DNA of 64,000 nucleotides from contig CAXIUT010000126.1 in the NCBI GenBank assembly GCA_964035545.1, forward strand, positions 124,001-188,000. The letters are read 5' to 3'. Shown here in pieces: positions 35,101-47,761 of this stretch. Within the stretch, counting starts at the first letter, position 1. Each line of letters opens with the position of its first letter. This DNA is from Bugula neritina (taxonomy: Eukaryota > Animalia > Bryozoa). The notes under the pieces were generated by a model that ran no database searches, was not told the origin of the DNA, and saw nothing but the letters and a program-made list of their open reading frames with translations. The position numbers and the translations under genes are program-made.

Positions 35101-37250
35101 TATACTGTAACACACTGAAATATACTACAACATACTGAAATACACTGTAACACACTGAAATATACTGCAACATACTGAAATACACTGTAACATACTGAAA
35201 TATACTGCAACATACTGAAATACACTGTAACATACTGAAATACACTGCAACATACTACAACATATTGAAATACACTGCAACACATTGAAATATACTGCAA
35301 CACACCGAAATATATGGTAAACTAATGAAATATACTGTAACACATTGAAAAATATTGCAACATACTGAAATATACTGCGACACATTGCAATATACTGTAA
35401 CATACTGAAATATGCTGTAGCACACTGAAATACACTGCAACTCACTGAAATATACTGCAACATGCTGAAATACACTGTAACATATTGAAACATACTGCAA
35501 CATACTGCAACATACTGAAATACACTGTAACAAACTGAAATACACTGCAAAACACAAGAACATATTGAAATACACTGCAACACATTGAAATATACTGCAA
35601 CATACTGTAACACATTGAAAATAACTGCAACATGCTGAAATATACTGCAAGATACTGCAACATACTGAAATACGCTGCAAAATACTACAACATACTGAAA
35701 TACACTGTAACATATTGAAATACACTGCAACACATTGAAATATACTGCGACGTCCTGAAATGTATGGTAAACTACTGAAATATACTGTAACACATTGAAC
35801 AATACTGCAACATACTGAAATATACTGCGACACATTGCAATATACTGTAACACACTGAAATATGTTGTAGCACACTGAAATTTACTGCAACTCACTGAAA
35901 TATACTGCAACATACTGAAATACACTGCTACATACTGAAATATACTGCAACACATTGAAATATACAGCAACATACTGAAATATACTGCGACACATTGCAA
36001 TATACTGCAACATACTGAAATATGCTGTAGCATACCGAAATGCACTGCAACATACTGAAATACCCTGCTGCATACTGAAATACACTGCACCATACTGAAA
36101 TACGCTGTAACATATTGAAATACACTGCAACACATTGAAATATACAGCAACATACCGAAATATATGGTAAACTACTGAAATACACTTTAACACATTGAAA
36201 AATACTGCAACATACTGAAATACACCGTAACATATTGAAACATACTGCAACGTACTGCAACATACTGAAATATACTGCGACACATTGCAATATACTGCAA
36301 CATACTGAAATATGCTGTAGCATACTGAAATACACTGCACTATACTGAAATACCCTGCTACATATTGAAATGAACTGCAACACACTGAAATACAATGTAA
36401 TATACTGAATTACACTGCAACACACTGCAACATACCGAAATACGCTGTAACATATTGCAATACACTGCAACACATTGAAATATACTGTAACTCGCTGAAA
36501 TATAGTTTAATATACGGAAATGTGTTGTAACATACTGGAAAAAACAGTAACACACTGAAATATACTGCAACATATTGAAATATATTGCAACATACTGAAA
36601 TACACTGCTACATACTAAAACATACTGAAATGTACTGCAAGATACTGCAACATACTGAAATACACTGTAACATACCGAAACACACTGCAACATACTGCAT
36701 TATACTGACATACACTGGAACAAATTGAAATACACTGCAACTAAATGAAATATACTGCAACACACTGAAACATACGGCAACATACTGAAATATACTGCGA
36801 CATACCTAAATATACGGTAATATACCGAAATACACTGTAACACATTTAAAAAATACTGCAAAATACTGAAATACACTGCAACACACTGAAATACACTGCA
36901 AAATACTACAACATGCTCAAATACACTGTAACATATTGATATACACTGCAACACATTGAAATATACTGCAACATACCGAAATATATGGTAAACTACTGAA
37001 ATATACTGTAACACCTTGAAAAATACTGCAACATACTGAAATACACTGCGACACATTGCAATATACTGTAACATACTGAAATATGCTGTAGCACACTGAA
37101 ATACACTGCAACTCACTGAAATATACTGCAAAATACTGAAATACACTGTAACATATTGAAACATACTGCAACATACTGAAATACACTGTAACATACTGAA
37201 ATACACTGCAAAATACTACAACATGCTCAAATACACTGTAACATATTGAT
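8105..37250 (-). repeat. Same satellite, inverted 29,146-bp block
   Basis: Sequence switches to actgcaacat/actgaaatat (reverse complement) at tgta|aaatat and back at attgat|cagtgag. Confidence 0.98.
10120..29480 (-). repeat. 9671-bp near-identical tandem macro-duplication inside the inverted block
   Basis: Every ORF-track string from 10177 to 19763 recurs at +9671 (10177/19848, 15212/24883, 19536/29207). Edges approximate. Confidence 0.9.
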
Positions 37251-40200
37251 CAGTGAGTTGCAGTAAATTTCAGTGTGCTACAACATATTTCAGTGTGTTA
37301 CAGTATATTGCAATGTGTCGCAGTATATTTCAGTATGTTGCAGTATTGTTCAATGTGTTACAGTATATTTCAGTAGTTTACCATACATTTCAGGACGTCG
37401 CAGTATATTTCAATGTGTTGCAGTGTATTTCAATATGTTACAGTGTATTTCAGTATGTTGTAGTATTTTGCGGCGTATTTCAGTATGTTGCAGTATCTTG
37501 CAGTATATTTCAGCATGTTGCAGTTATTTTCAATGTGTTACAGTATGTTGCAGTATATTTCAATGTGTTGCAGTGTATTTCAATATGTTCTAGTGTTTTG
37601 CAGTGTATTTCAGTTTGTTACAGTGTATTTCAGTATGTTGCAGTATGTTGCAGTATGTTTCAATATGTTACAGTGTATTTCAGCATGTTGCAGTATATTT
37701 CAGTGAGTTGCAGTGTATTTCAGTGTGTTACAGCATATTTCAGTATGTTACAGTATATTGCAATGTGTCGCAGTATATTTCAGTATGTTGCAGTATTTTT
37801 CAATGTGTTACAGTATATTTCATTAGTTTACCATATATTTCGGTGTGTTGCAGTATATTTCAATGTGTTGCAGTGTATTTCAATATGTTGTAGTATGTTG
37901 CAGTGTATTTCAGTATGTTACAGTGTATTTCAGTATGTTGCAGTATATTTCAGTATGTTACAGTGTATTTCAGTATGTTGCAGTATATTTCAGTGTGTTA
38001 CAGTGTATTTCAGTATGTTGTAGTATATTTCAGTGTGTTACAGTATATTTCAGTATGTTGCAGTATTTTTCAATGTGTTGCAGTGTATTTCAATATGTTA
38101 CAGCGTATTTCAGTATGTTGCAGTGTATTTCAGTATGTAGCAGGGTATTTCAGTATGTTGCAGTGCATTTCAGTATGCTACAGCATATTTCAGTATGTTG
38201 CAGTATATTGCAATGTGTCGCAGTATATTTCAGTATGTTGCTGTATATTTCAATGTGTTACAGTATATTTCAGTAGTTTACCATACATTTCGGTACGTTG
38301 CAGTATATTTCAATGTGTTGCAGTGTGTTTCAATATGTTACAGTGTATTTCAGTATGTTGTAGTATTTTGCCGCGTATTTCAGTATGTTGCAGTATCTTG
38401 CAGTGTATTTCAGTATGTTGCAGTATTTTTCAATGTGTTACCGTATATTTCAGTATATTACCATATATTTAGGTATGTTGCAGTATATTTCAATGTGTTG
38501 CAGTGTATTTCAATATGTTCTAGTAATTTGTGGTGTATTTCAGTATGTTGCAGTGTATTTCAGTATGTTGCAATATGTTTCAATATGTTACAGTGTATTT
38601 CAGTATTTTGCAGTATATTTCAGTGAGTTGCAGTGTATTTCAGTATGTTGCAGTATTTTTCAAGGTGTTACAGTATATTTCAGTAGTTTACCATATATTT
38701 TGGTATGTTGCAGTATATTTCAATGTGTTGCAGTGTATATCAATATGTTACAGTGTATTTGAGCATGTTGTAGTATTTTGCAGTGTATTTCAGTGTGTTG
38801 CAGTGTATTTCAGTATTTTGCAGTATTTTTCAATGTGTTACAGTGTATTTCGGTATATTACCGTATATTTAGGTATGTCGCAGTATATTTCAGTATGTTG
38901 CCGTATGTTTCAGTGTGTTGCAGTATATTTCATTTAGTTGCAGTGTATTTCAATTTGTTCCAGTGTATGTCAGTACAATGCAGTATGTTGCAGTGTGTTT
39001 CAGTATGTTACAGTGTATTTCAGTATGTTGCAGTATCTTGCAGTACATTTCAGTATGTTTTAGTATGTAGCAGTGTATTTGAGTATGTTGCAGTATATTT
39101 CAGTATGTTGCAGTATATTTCAGTGTGTTACTGTTTTTTCCAGTATGTTACAACACATTTCCGTATATTAAACTATATTTCAGCGAGTTACAGTATATTT
39201 CAATGTGTTGCAGTGTATTGCAATATGTTACAGCGTATTTCGGTATGTTGCAGTGTGTTGCAGTGTAATTCAGTATATTACATTGTAATTCAGTGTGTTG
39301 CAGTTCATTTCAATATGTAGCAGGGTATTTCAGTATAGTGCAGTGTATTTCAGTATGCTACAGCATATTTCAGTATGTTGCAGTATATTGCAATGTGTCG
39401 CAGTATATTTCAGTATGTTGCAGTACGTTGCAGTATGTTTCAATATGTTACGGTGTATTTCAGTATGTTGCAGTATATTTCAGTGAGTTGCAGTGTATTT
39501 CAGTGTGCTACAGCATATTTCAGTATGTTACAGTATATTGCAATCTGTCGCAGTATATTTCAGTTTGTTGCAGTGTTTTTCAATGTGTTACAGTATATTT
39601 CATTAGTTTACCATATATTTCGGTATGTTGCAGTATATTTCAATGTGTTGCAGTGTATTTCAGCATGTTGTAGTTTTTTGCAGTGTATTTCAGTATGTTA
39701 CAGTGTATTTCAGTATGTTGCAGTATATTTCAGTATGTTACAGTGTATTTCAGTATGTTGCAGTATGTTTCAGTGTGTTACAGTGTATTTCAGTATGTTG
39801 TAGTATATTTCAGTGTGTTACAGTATACTTCAGTATGTTGCAGTATTTTTCAATGTGTTAAAGTGTATTTCAGTAGTTTACCATATATTTCGGTATGTAG
39901 CAGTATATTTCAATGTGTTGCAGTGTATTTCAGTATGTTACAGTGTATTTCAGTATGTTGCAGTATGTTGCAGTATATTTCAGTGAGTTACAGTGTATTT
40001 CAGTATGTTGCAGTGTATTTCAGTGTGTTACAGTTTACTCCAGTATGTTACAGTACATTTCCGTATATTACACTATATTTCAGCGACTTGCAGTATATTT
40101 CAATGTGTTGCAGTGTATTTCAATATGTTACAGCATATTCCAGTATGTTGCAGTATGTTGCAGTGTAATTCAGTATATTACATTGTATTTCAGTATGTTG

Positions 40201-43200
40201 CAGTTTATTTCAGTATGTAGCAGGGTATTTCAGTATGTTGCAGTGCATTTCAGTATGCTACAGCATATTTCAGTATGTTGCAGTATATCGCAATGTGTCG
40301 CAGTATATTTCGGTACGTTGCAGTATATTTCAATGTGTTGCAGTGTATTTCAATATGTTACAGTGTATTTCAGTATGTTGTAGTATTTTGCCGCGTATTT
40401 CAGTATGTTGCAGTATCTTGCAGTGTATTTCAGTATGTTGCAGTATTTTTCAATGTGTTACCGTATATTTCAGTATATTACCATATATTTAGGTATGTTG
40501 CAGTATATTTCAATGTGTTGCAGTGTATTTCAATATGTTCTAGTAATTTGTGGTGTATTTCAGTATGTTACAGTGTATTTCAGTATGTTGCAATATGTTT
40601 CAATATGTTACAGTGTATTTCAGTATTTTGCAGTATATTTCAGTGAGTTGCAGTGTATTTCAGTGTGCTACAGCATATTTCAGTATGTTGCAAAATATTG
40701 CAATGTGTCGCAGTATGTTGCAGTATTTTTCAATGTGTTACAGTATATTTCAGTAGTTTACCATATATTTCGGTATGTTGCAGTATATTTCAATGTGTTG
40801 CAGTGTATATCAATATGTTACAGTGTATTTGAGCATGTTGTAGTATTTTGCAGTGTATTTCAGTATGTTACAGTGTATTTCAGTATGTTGCAGTATGTTT
40901 CAATATGTTACAGTGTATTTCAGTGTTTTGCAGTATATTTCAGTGAGTTGCAGTGTATTTCAGTGTGCTACAGTATATTTCAGTATGTTACAGTATATTG
41001 CAATGTGTCGCAGTGTATTTCAGTATGTTGCAGTATTTTTCAAGGTGTTACAGTATATTTCAGTAGTTTACCATATATTTCGGTATGTTGCAGTATATTT
41101 CAATGTGTTGCAGTGTATATCAATATGTTACAGTGTATTTGAGCATGTTGTAGTATTTTGCAGTGTATTTCAGTGTGTTGCAGTGTATTTCAGTATTTTG
41201 CAGTATTTTTCAATGTGTTACAGTGTATTTCGGTATATTACCGTATATTTAGGTATGTCGCAGTATATTTCAGTATTTTGCCGTATGTTTCAGTGTGTTG
41301 CAGTATATTTCATTTAGTTGCAGTGTATTTCAATTTGTTCCAGTGTATGTCAGTATAATGCAGTATGTTGCAGTGTGTTTCAGTATGTTACAGTGTATTT
41401 CAGTATGTTGCAGTATCTTGCAGTACATTTCAGTATGTTTTAGTATGTAGCAGTGTATTTCAGTATGTTGCAGTATATTTCAGTATGTTGCAGTATATTT
41501 CAGTGTGTTACTGTTTTTTCCAGTATGTTACAACACATTTCCGTATATTAAACTATATTTCAGCGAGTTACAGTATATTTCAATGTGTTGCAGTGTATTG
41601 CAATATGTTACAGCGTATTTCGGTATGTTGCAGTGTGTTGCAGTGTAATTCAGTATATTACATTGTATTTCAGTGTGTTGCAGTTCATTTCAATATGTAG
41701 CAGGGTATTTCAGTATAGTGCAGTGTATTTCAGTATGCTACAGCATATTTCAGTATGTTGCAGTATATTGCAATGTGTCGCAGTATATTTCAGTATGTTG
41801 CAGTACGTTGCAGTATGTTTCAATATGTTACGGTGTACTTCAGTATGTTGCAGTATATTTCAGTGAGTTGCAGTGTATTTCAGTGTGCTACAGCATATTT
41901 CAGTATGTTACAGTATATTGCAATCTGTCGCAGTATATTTCAGTTTGTTGCAGTGTTTTTCAATGTGTTACAGTATATTTCATTAGTTTACCATATATTT
42001 CGGTATGTTGCAGTATATTTCAATATGTTACAGTGTATTTCAGCATGTTGTAGTTTTTTGCAGAATATTTCAGTGTGTTGCAGTGTACTTCAGTATTTTG
42101 CAGTATTTTTCAATGTGTTACAGTATATTTCGGTATATTACCGTATATTTAGGTATGTTTCAGTATATTTCAATCTGTTGCAGTGTATTTCAATATGTTG
42201 TAGTATGTTGCAGTGTATTTCAGTATGTTACAGTGTATTTCAGTATGTTGCAGTATATTTCAGTATGTTACAGTGTATTTCAGTATGTTGCAGTATATTT
42301 CAGTGTGTTACAGTGTATTTCAGTATGTTGTAGTATTTTGCCGCGTATTTCAGTATGTTGCAGTGTATTTCAGTATGTTGCAATATGTTTCAATATGTTA
42401 CAGTGTATTTCAGTATTTTGCAGTATATTTCAGTGAGTTGCAGTGTATTTCAGTATGTTGCAGTATTTTTCAAGGTGTTACAGTATATTTCAGTAGTTTA
42501 CCATATATTTTGGTATGTTGCAGTATATTTCAATGTGTTGCAGTGTATATCAATATGTTACAGTGTATTTGAGCATGTTGTAGTATTTTGCAGTGTATTT
42601 CAGTGTGTTGCAGTGTATTTCAGTATTTTGCAGTATTTTTCAATGTGTTACAGTGTATTTCGGTATATTACCGTATATTTAGGTATGTCGCAGTATATTT
42701 CAGTATGTTGCCGTATGTTTCAGTGTGTTGCAGTATATTTCATTTAGTTGCAGTGTATTTCAATTTGTTCCAGTGTATGTCAGTACAATGCAGTATGTTG
42801 CAGTGTGTTTCAGTATGTTACAGTGTATTTCAGTATGTTGCAGTATCTTGCAGTACATTTCAGTATGTTTTAGTATGTAGCAGTGTATTTCAGTATGTTG
42901 CAGTATATTTCAGTATGTTGCAGTATATTTCAGTGTGTTACTGTTTTTTCCAGTATGTTACAACACATTTCCGTATATTAAACTATATTTCAGCGAGTTA
43001 CAGTATATTTCAATGTGTTGCAGTGTATTGCAATATGTTACAGCGTATTTCGGTATGTTGCAGTGTGTTGCAGTGTAATTCAGTATATTACATTGTAATT
43101 CAGTGTGTTGCAGTTCATTTCAATATGTAGCAGGGTATTTCAGTATAGTGCAGTGTATTTCAGTATGCTACAGCATATTTCAGTATGTTGCAGTATATTG

Positions 43201-46200
43201 CAATGTGTCGCAGTATATTTCAGTATGTTGCAGTACGTTGCAGTATGTTTCAATATGTTACGGTGTATTTCAGTATGTTGCAGTATATTTCAGTGAGTTG
43301 CAGTGTATTTCAGTGTGCTACAGCATATTTCAGTATGTTACAGTATATTGCAATCTGTCGCAGTATATTTCAGTTTGTTGCAGTGTTTTTCAATGTGTTA
43401 CAGTATATTTCATTAGTTTACCATATATTTCGGTATGTTGCAGTATATTTCAATGTGTTGCAGTGTATTTCAGCATGTTGTAGTTTTTTGCAGTGTATTT
43501 CAGTATGTTACAGTGTATTTCAGTATGTTGCAGTATATTTCAGTATGTTACAGTGTATTTCAGTATGTTGCAGTATGTTTCAGTGTGTTACAGTGTATTT
43601 CAGTATGTTGTAGTATATTTCAGTGTGTTACAGTATACTTCAGTATGTTGCAGTATTTTTCAATGTGTTAAAGTGTATTTCAGTAGTTTACCATATATTT
43701 CGGTATGTAGCAGTATATTTCAATGTGTTGCAGTGTATTTCAGTATGTTACAGTGTATTTCAGTATGTTGCAGTATGTTGCAGTATATTTCAGTGAGTTA
43801 CAGTGTATTTCAGTATGTTGCAGTGTATTTCAGTGTGTTACAGTTTACTCCAGTATGTTACAGTACATTTCCGTATATTACACTATATTTCAGCGACTTG
43901 CAGTATATTTCAATGTGTTGCAGTGTATTTCAATATGTTACAGCATATTCCAGTATGTTGCAGTATGTTGCAGTGTAATTCAGTATATTACATTGTATTT
44001 CAGTATGTTGCAGTTTATTTCAGTATGTAGCAGGGTATTTCAGTATGTTGCAGTGCATTTCAGTATGCTACAGCATATTTCAGTATGTTGCAGTATATCG
44101 CAATGTGTCGCAGTATATTTCGGTACGTTGCAGTATATTTCAATGTGTTGCAGTGTATTTCAATATGTTACAGTGTATTTCAGTATGTTGTAGTATTTTG
44201 CCGCGTATTTCAGTATGTTGCAGTATCTTGCAGTGTATTTCAGTATGTTGCAGTATTTTTCAATGTGTTACCGTATATTTCAGTATATTACCATATATTT
44301 AGGTATGTTGCAGTATATTTCAATGTGTTGCAGTGTATTTCAATATGTTCTAGTAATTTGTGGTGTATTTCAGTATGTTACAGTGTATTTCAGTATGTTG
44401 CAATATGTTTCAATATGTTACAGTGTATTTCAGTATTTTGCAGTATATTTCAGTGAGTTGCAGTGTATTTCAGTGTGCTACAGCATATTTCAGTATGTTG
44501 CAAAATATTGCAATGTGTCGCAGTATGTTGCAGTATTTTTCAATGTGTTACAGTATATTTCAGTAGTTTACCATATATTTCGGTATGTTGCAGTATATTT
44601 CAATGTGTTGCAGTGTATATCAATATGTTACAGTGTATTTGAGCATGTTGTAGTATTTTGCAGTGTATTTCAGTATGTTACAGTGTATTTCAGTATGTTG
44701 CAGTATGTTTCAATATGTTACAGTGTATTTCAGTGTTTTGCTGTATATTTCAGTGAGTTGCAGTGTATTTCAGTGTGCTACAGTATATTTCAGTATGTTA
44801 CAGTATATTGCAATGTGTCGCAGTGTATTTCAGTATGTTGCAGTATTTTTCAAGGTGTTACAGTATATTTCAGTAGTTTACCATATATTTCGGTATGTTG
44901 CAGTATATTTCAATGTGTTGCAGTGTATATCAATATGTTACAGTGTATTTGAGCATGTTGTAGTATTTTGCAGTGTATTTCAGTGTGTTGCAGTGTATTT
45001 CAGTATTTTGCAGTATTTTTCAATGTGTTACAGTGTATTTCGGTATATTACCGTATATTTAGGTATGTCGCAGTATATTTCAGTATTTTGCCGTATGTTT
45101 CAGTGTGTTGCAGTATATTTCATTTAGTTGCAGTGTATTTCAATTTGTTCCAGTGTATGTCAGTATAATGCAGTATGTTGCAGTGTGTTTCAGTATGTTA
45201 CAGTGTATTTCAGTATGTTGCAGTATCTTGCAGTACATTTCAGTATGTTTTAGTATGTAGCAGTGTATTTCAGTATGTTGCAGTATATTTCAGTATGTTG
45301 CAGTATATTTCAGTGTGTTACTGTTTTTTCCAGTATGTTACAACACATTTCCGTATATTAAACTATATTTCAGCGAGTTACAGTATATTTCAATGTGTTG
45401 CAGTGTATTGCAATATGTTACAGCGTATTTCGGTATGTTGCAGTGTGTTGCAGTGTAATTCAGTATATTACATTGTATTTCAGTGTGTTGCAGTTCATTT
45501 CAATATGTAGCAGGGTATTTCAGTATAGTGCAGTGTATTTCAGTATGCTACAGCATATTTCAGTATGTTGCAGTATATTGCAATGTGTCGCAGTATATTT
45601 CAGTATGTTGCAGTACGTTGCAGTATGTTTCAATATGTTACGGTGTACTTCAGTATGTTGCAGTATATTTCAGTGAGTTGCAGTGTATTTCAGTGTGCTA
45701 CAGCATATTTCAGTATGTTACAGTATATTGCAATCTGTCGCAGTATATTTCAGTTTGTTGCAGTGTTTTTCAATGTGTTACAGTATATTTCATTAGTTTA
45801 CCATATATTTCGGTATGTTGCAGTATATTTCAATATGTTACAGTGTATTTCAGCATGTTGTAGTTTTTTGCAGAATATTTCAGTGTGTTGCAGTGTACTT
45901 CAGTATTTTGCAGTATTTTTCAATGTGTTACAGTATATTTCGGTATATTACCGTATATTTAGGTATGTTTCAGTATATTTCAATCTGTTGCAGTGTATTT
46001 CAATATGTTGTAGTATGTTGCAGTGTATTTCAGTATGTTACAGTGTATTTCAGTATGTTGCAGTATATTTCAGTATGTTACAGTGTATTTCAGTATGTTG
46101 CAGTATATTTCAGTGTGTTACAGTGTATTTCAGTATGTTGTAGTATATTTCAGTGTGTTACAGTATATTTCAGTATGTTGCAGTATTTCTCAATGTGTTA

Positions 46201-46974
46201 AAGTGTATTTCAGTAGTTTACCATATATTTCGGTATGTTGCAGTATATTTCAGTGTGTTGCAGTGTATTTCAATATGTTACAGCGTATTTCAGTATGTTG
46301 CAGTGTATTTCAGTATGTAGCAGGGTATTTCAGTATGTTGCAGTGCATTTCAGTATGCTACAGCATATTTCAGTATGTTGCAGTATATTGCAATGTGTCG
46401 CAGTATATTTCAGTATGTTGCTGTATATTTCAATGTGTTACAGTATATTTCAGTAGTTTACCATACACTTCGGTACGTTGCAGTATATTTCAATGTGTTG
46501 CAGTGTATTTCAATATGTTACAGTGTATTTCAGTATGTTGTAGTATTTTGCCGCGTATTTCAGTATGTTGCAGTATCTTGCAGTGTATTTCAGTATGTTG
46601 CAGTATTTTTCAATGTGTTACCGTATATTTCAGTATATTACCATATATTTAGGTATGTTGCAGTATATTTCAATGTGTTGCAGTGTATTTCAATATGTTC
46701 TAGTAATTTGCAGTGTATTTCAGTATGTTACAGTGTATTTCAGTATGTTGCAGTATGTTTCAATATGTTACAGTGTATTTCAGTATTTTGCAGTATAATT
46801 CAGTGAGTTGCAGTGTATTTCAGTGTGCTACAGCATATTTCAGTATGTTACAGTATATTGCAATGTGTCGCAGTATATTTCAGTATGTTGCAGTATTTTT
46901 CAATGTGTTACAGTATATTTCATTAGTTTACCATATATTTCGGTGTGTTGCAGTATATTTCAATGTGCTGCAGT
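37251..46974 (+). repeat. Same satellite, block 3 (CAGT-strand orientation)
   Basis: Unbroken 10-bp register cagtRtRttD up to the rDNA junction. Confidence 0.98.
38535..46145 (+). repeat. 3810-bp higher-order tandem duplication
   Basis: Strings recur at +3810 (38778/42588, 40405/44215, 41755/45565), including private variants cagtacaatg and cattgtaatt. Confidence 0.9.
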
Positions 46975-47215
46975 GTTCGGCAAGTAGAGGCCTGACACCC
47001 GCTGCGGGCGGACCCTTTCAGGAGTACTCGTGCCGAGGTCGGCGCGGCGAGCCGCCACCGAAACGCCACATTGCACTGCGACCGGGGGCCGCGGGCTTCG
47101 GCGCTGGGCTTCTCCCCTTTCACTCGCCGTTACTCGGGGAATCCTAGTTAGTTTCTTTTCCTCCGCTTACTGATATGCTTAAGTTCAGCGGGTAGTCGCG
47201 TCCGATCTGAGGTCG
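46975..47215 (-). pseudogene. 28S rRNA: Truncated 28S rRNA gene, 5' ~240 nt only (unit A)
   Basis: Minus strand reads CGACCTCAGATCGGACGCGACTACCCGCTGAACTTAAGCATATC; matches 58210-58450 at offset 11235; fused to satellite at 46975. Confidence 0.93.
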
Positions 47216-47605
47216 TTCTGACACGCGCGCGCCAAGCGCGCGCGCGAGAGACGGCTCCTCCCCTGCCGCGTCCAGCGGCGGCACGTGCGTGCGCGTGCCT
47301 CGGCCGGCCAACCTGTCGGTGCGCGCGTGCATCCGTGGCGCGTCATCGGCTCCGGGGCGCCCCGCGACGCGGGCGCCTCGCGGAACCTAATACGCCCGGC
47401 GGCGACAGGCTGACCCCCAGCTACGGCCATTGGCGGGGGGGCTGCTCGGGCCGAGCGCGTCGCGCGCGCTCGGCCGGCTGCACTTGGGGACGCGGCGGCG
47501 CGTCGACCGCCGAGTGGCGGACGAGCGCCCCGTCGACCCAGGGCGCGAGGTCGCGCGCGCGCCTCCTCGCGGAGGCGGCGGCGGCCACGCGGTTGTCAGC
47601 GAATG
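47216..47605 (-). other. ITS2 (unit A)
   Basis: GC-rich spacer between the 5.8S 3' end and 28S 5' end; matches 58451-58840. Confidence 0.88.
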
Positions 47606-47761
47606 ACGACCCTCAGACGGGCGCGGCCCCGGGATGACCCGGGGCCACAATGTGCGTTCAAGATGCCGATGATCGATGTGTCCTGCAGTTCACATTGCAT
47701 AACGCAGCTGGCTGCGCTCTTCATCGACGTGCGAGCCGAGTGATCCACCGCTCAGAGTTGT
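47606..47761 (-). rRNA. 5.8S rRNA: 5.8S rRNA (unit A)
   Basis: Minus strand ACAACTCTGAGCGGTGGATCACTCGGCTCG...CGATGAAGAGCGCAGC...GTGAACTGCAGGACAC...GTCTGAGGGTCG; animal-type 5.8S motifs. Confidence 0.95.

Noticed and set aside
37247-37252. TGATCA (contains GATC) created at the right inversion junction, suggesting a restriction-ligation chimera
   Set aside because: Neither parental string contains GATC at that point, the left junction has no such site, and the two junctions are reciprocal.
54-46806. Hundreds of Cys/Tyr/Val/Phe-rich ORFs of up to 373 aa
   Set aside because: Translation of a 10-bp satellite whose CAGT strand is stop-poor; they overlap in all three frames and switch strand exactly with the inversion.
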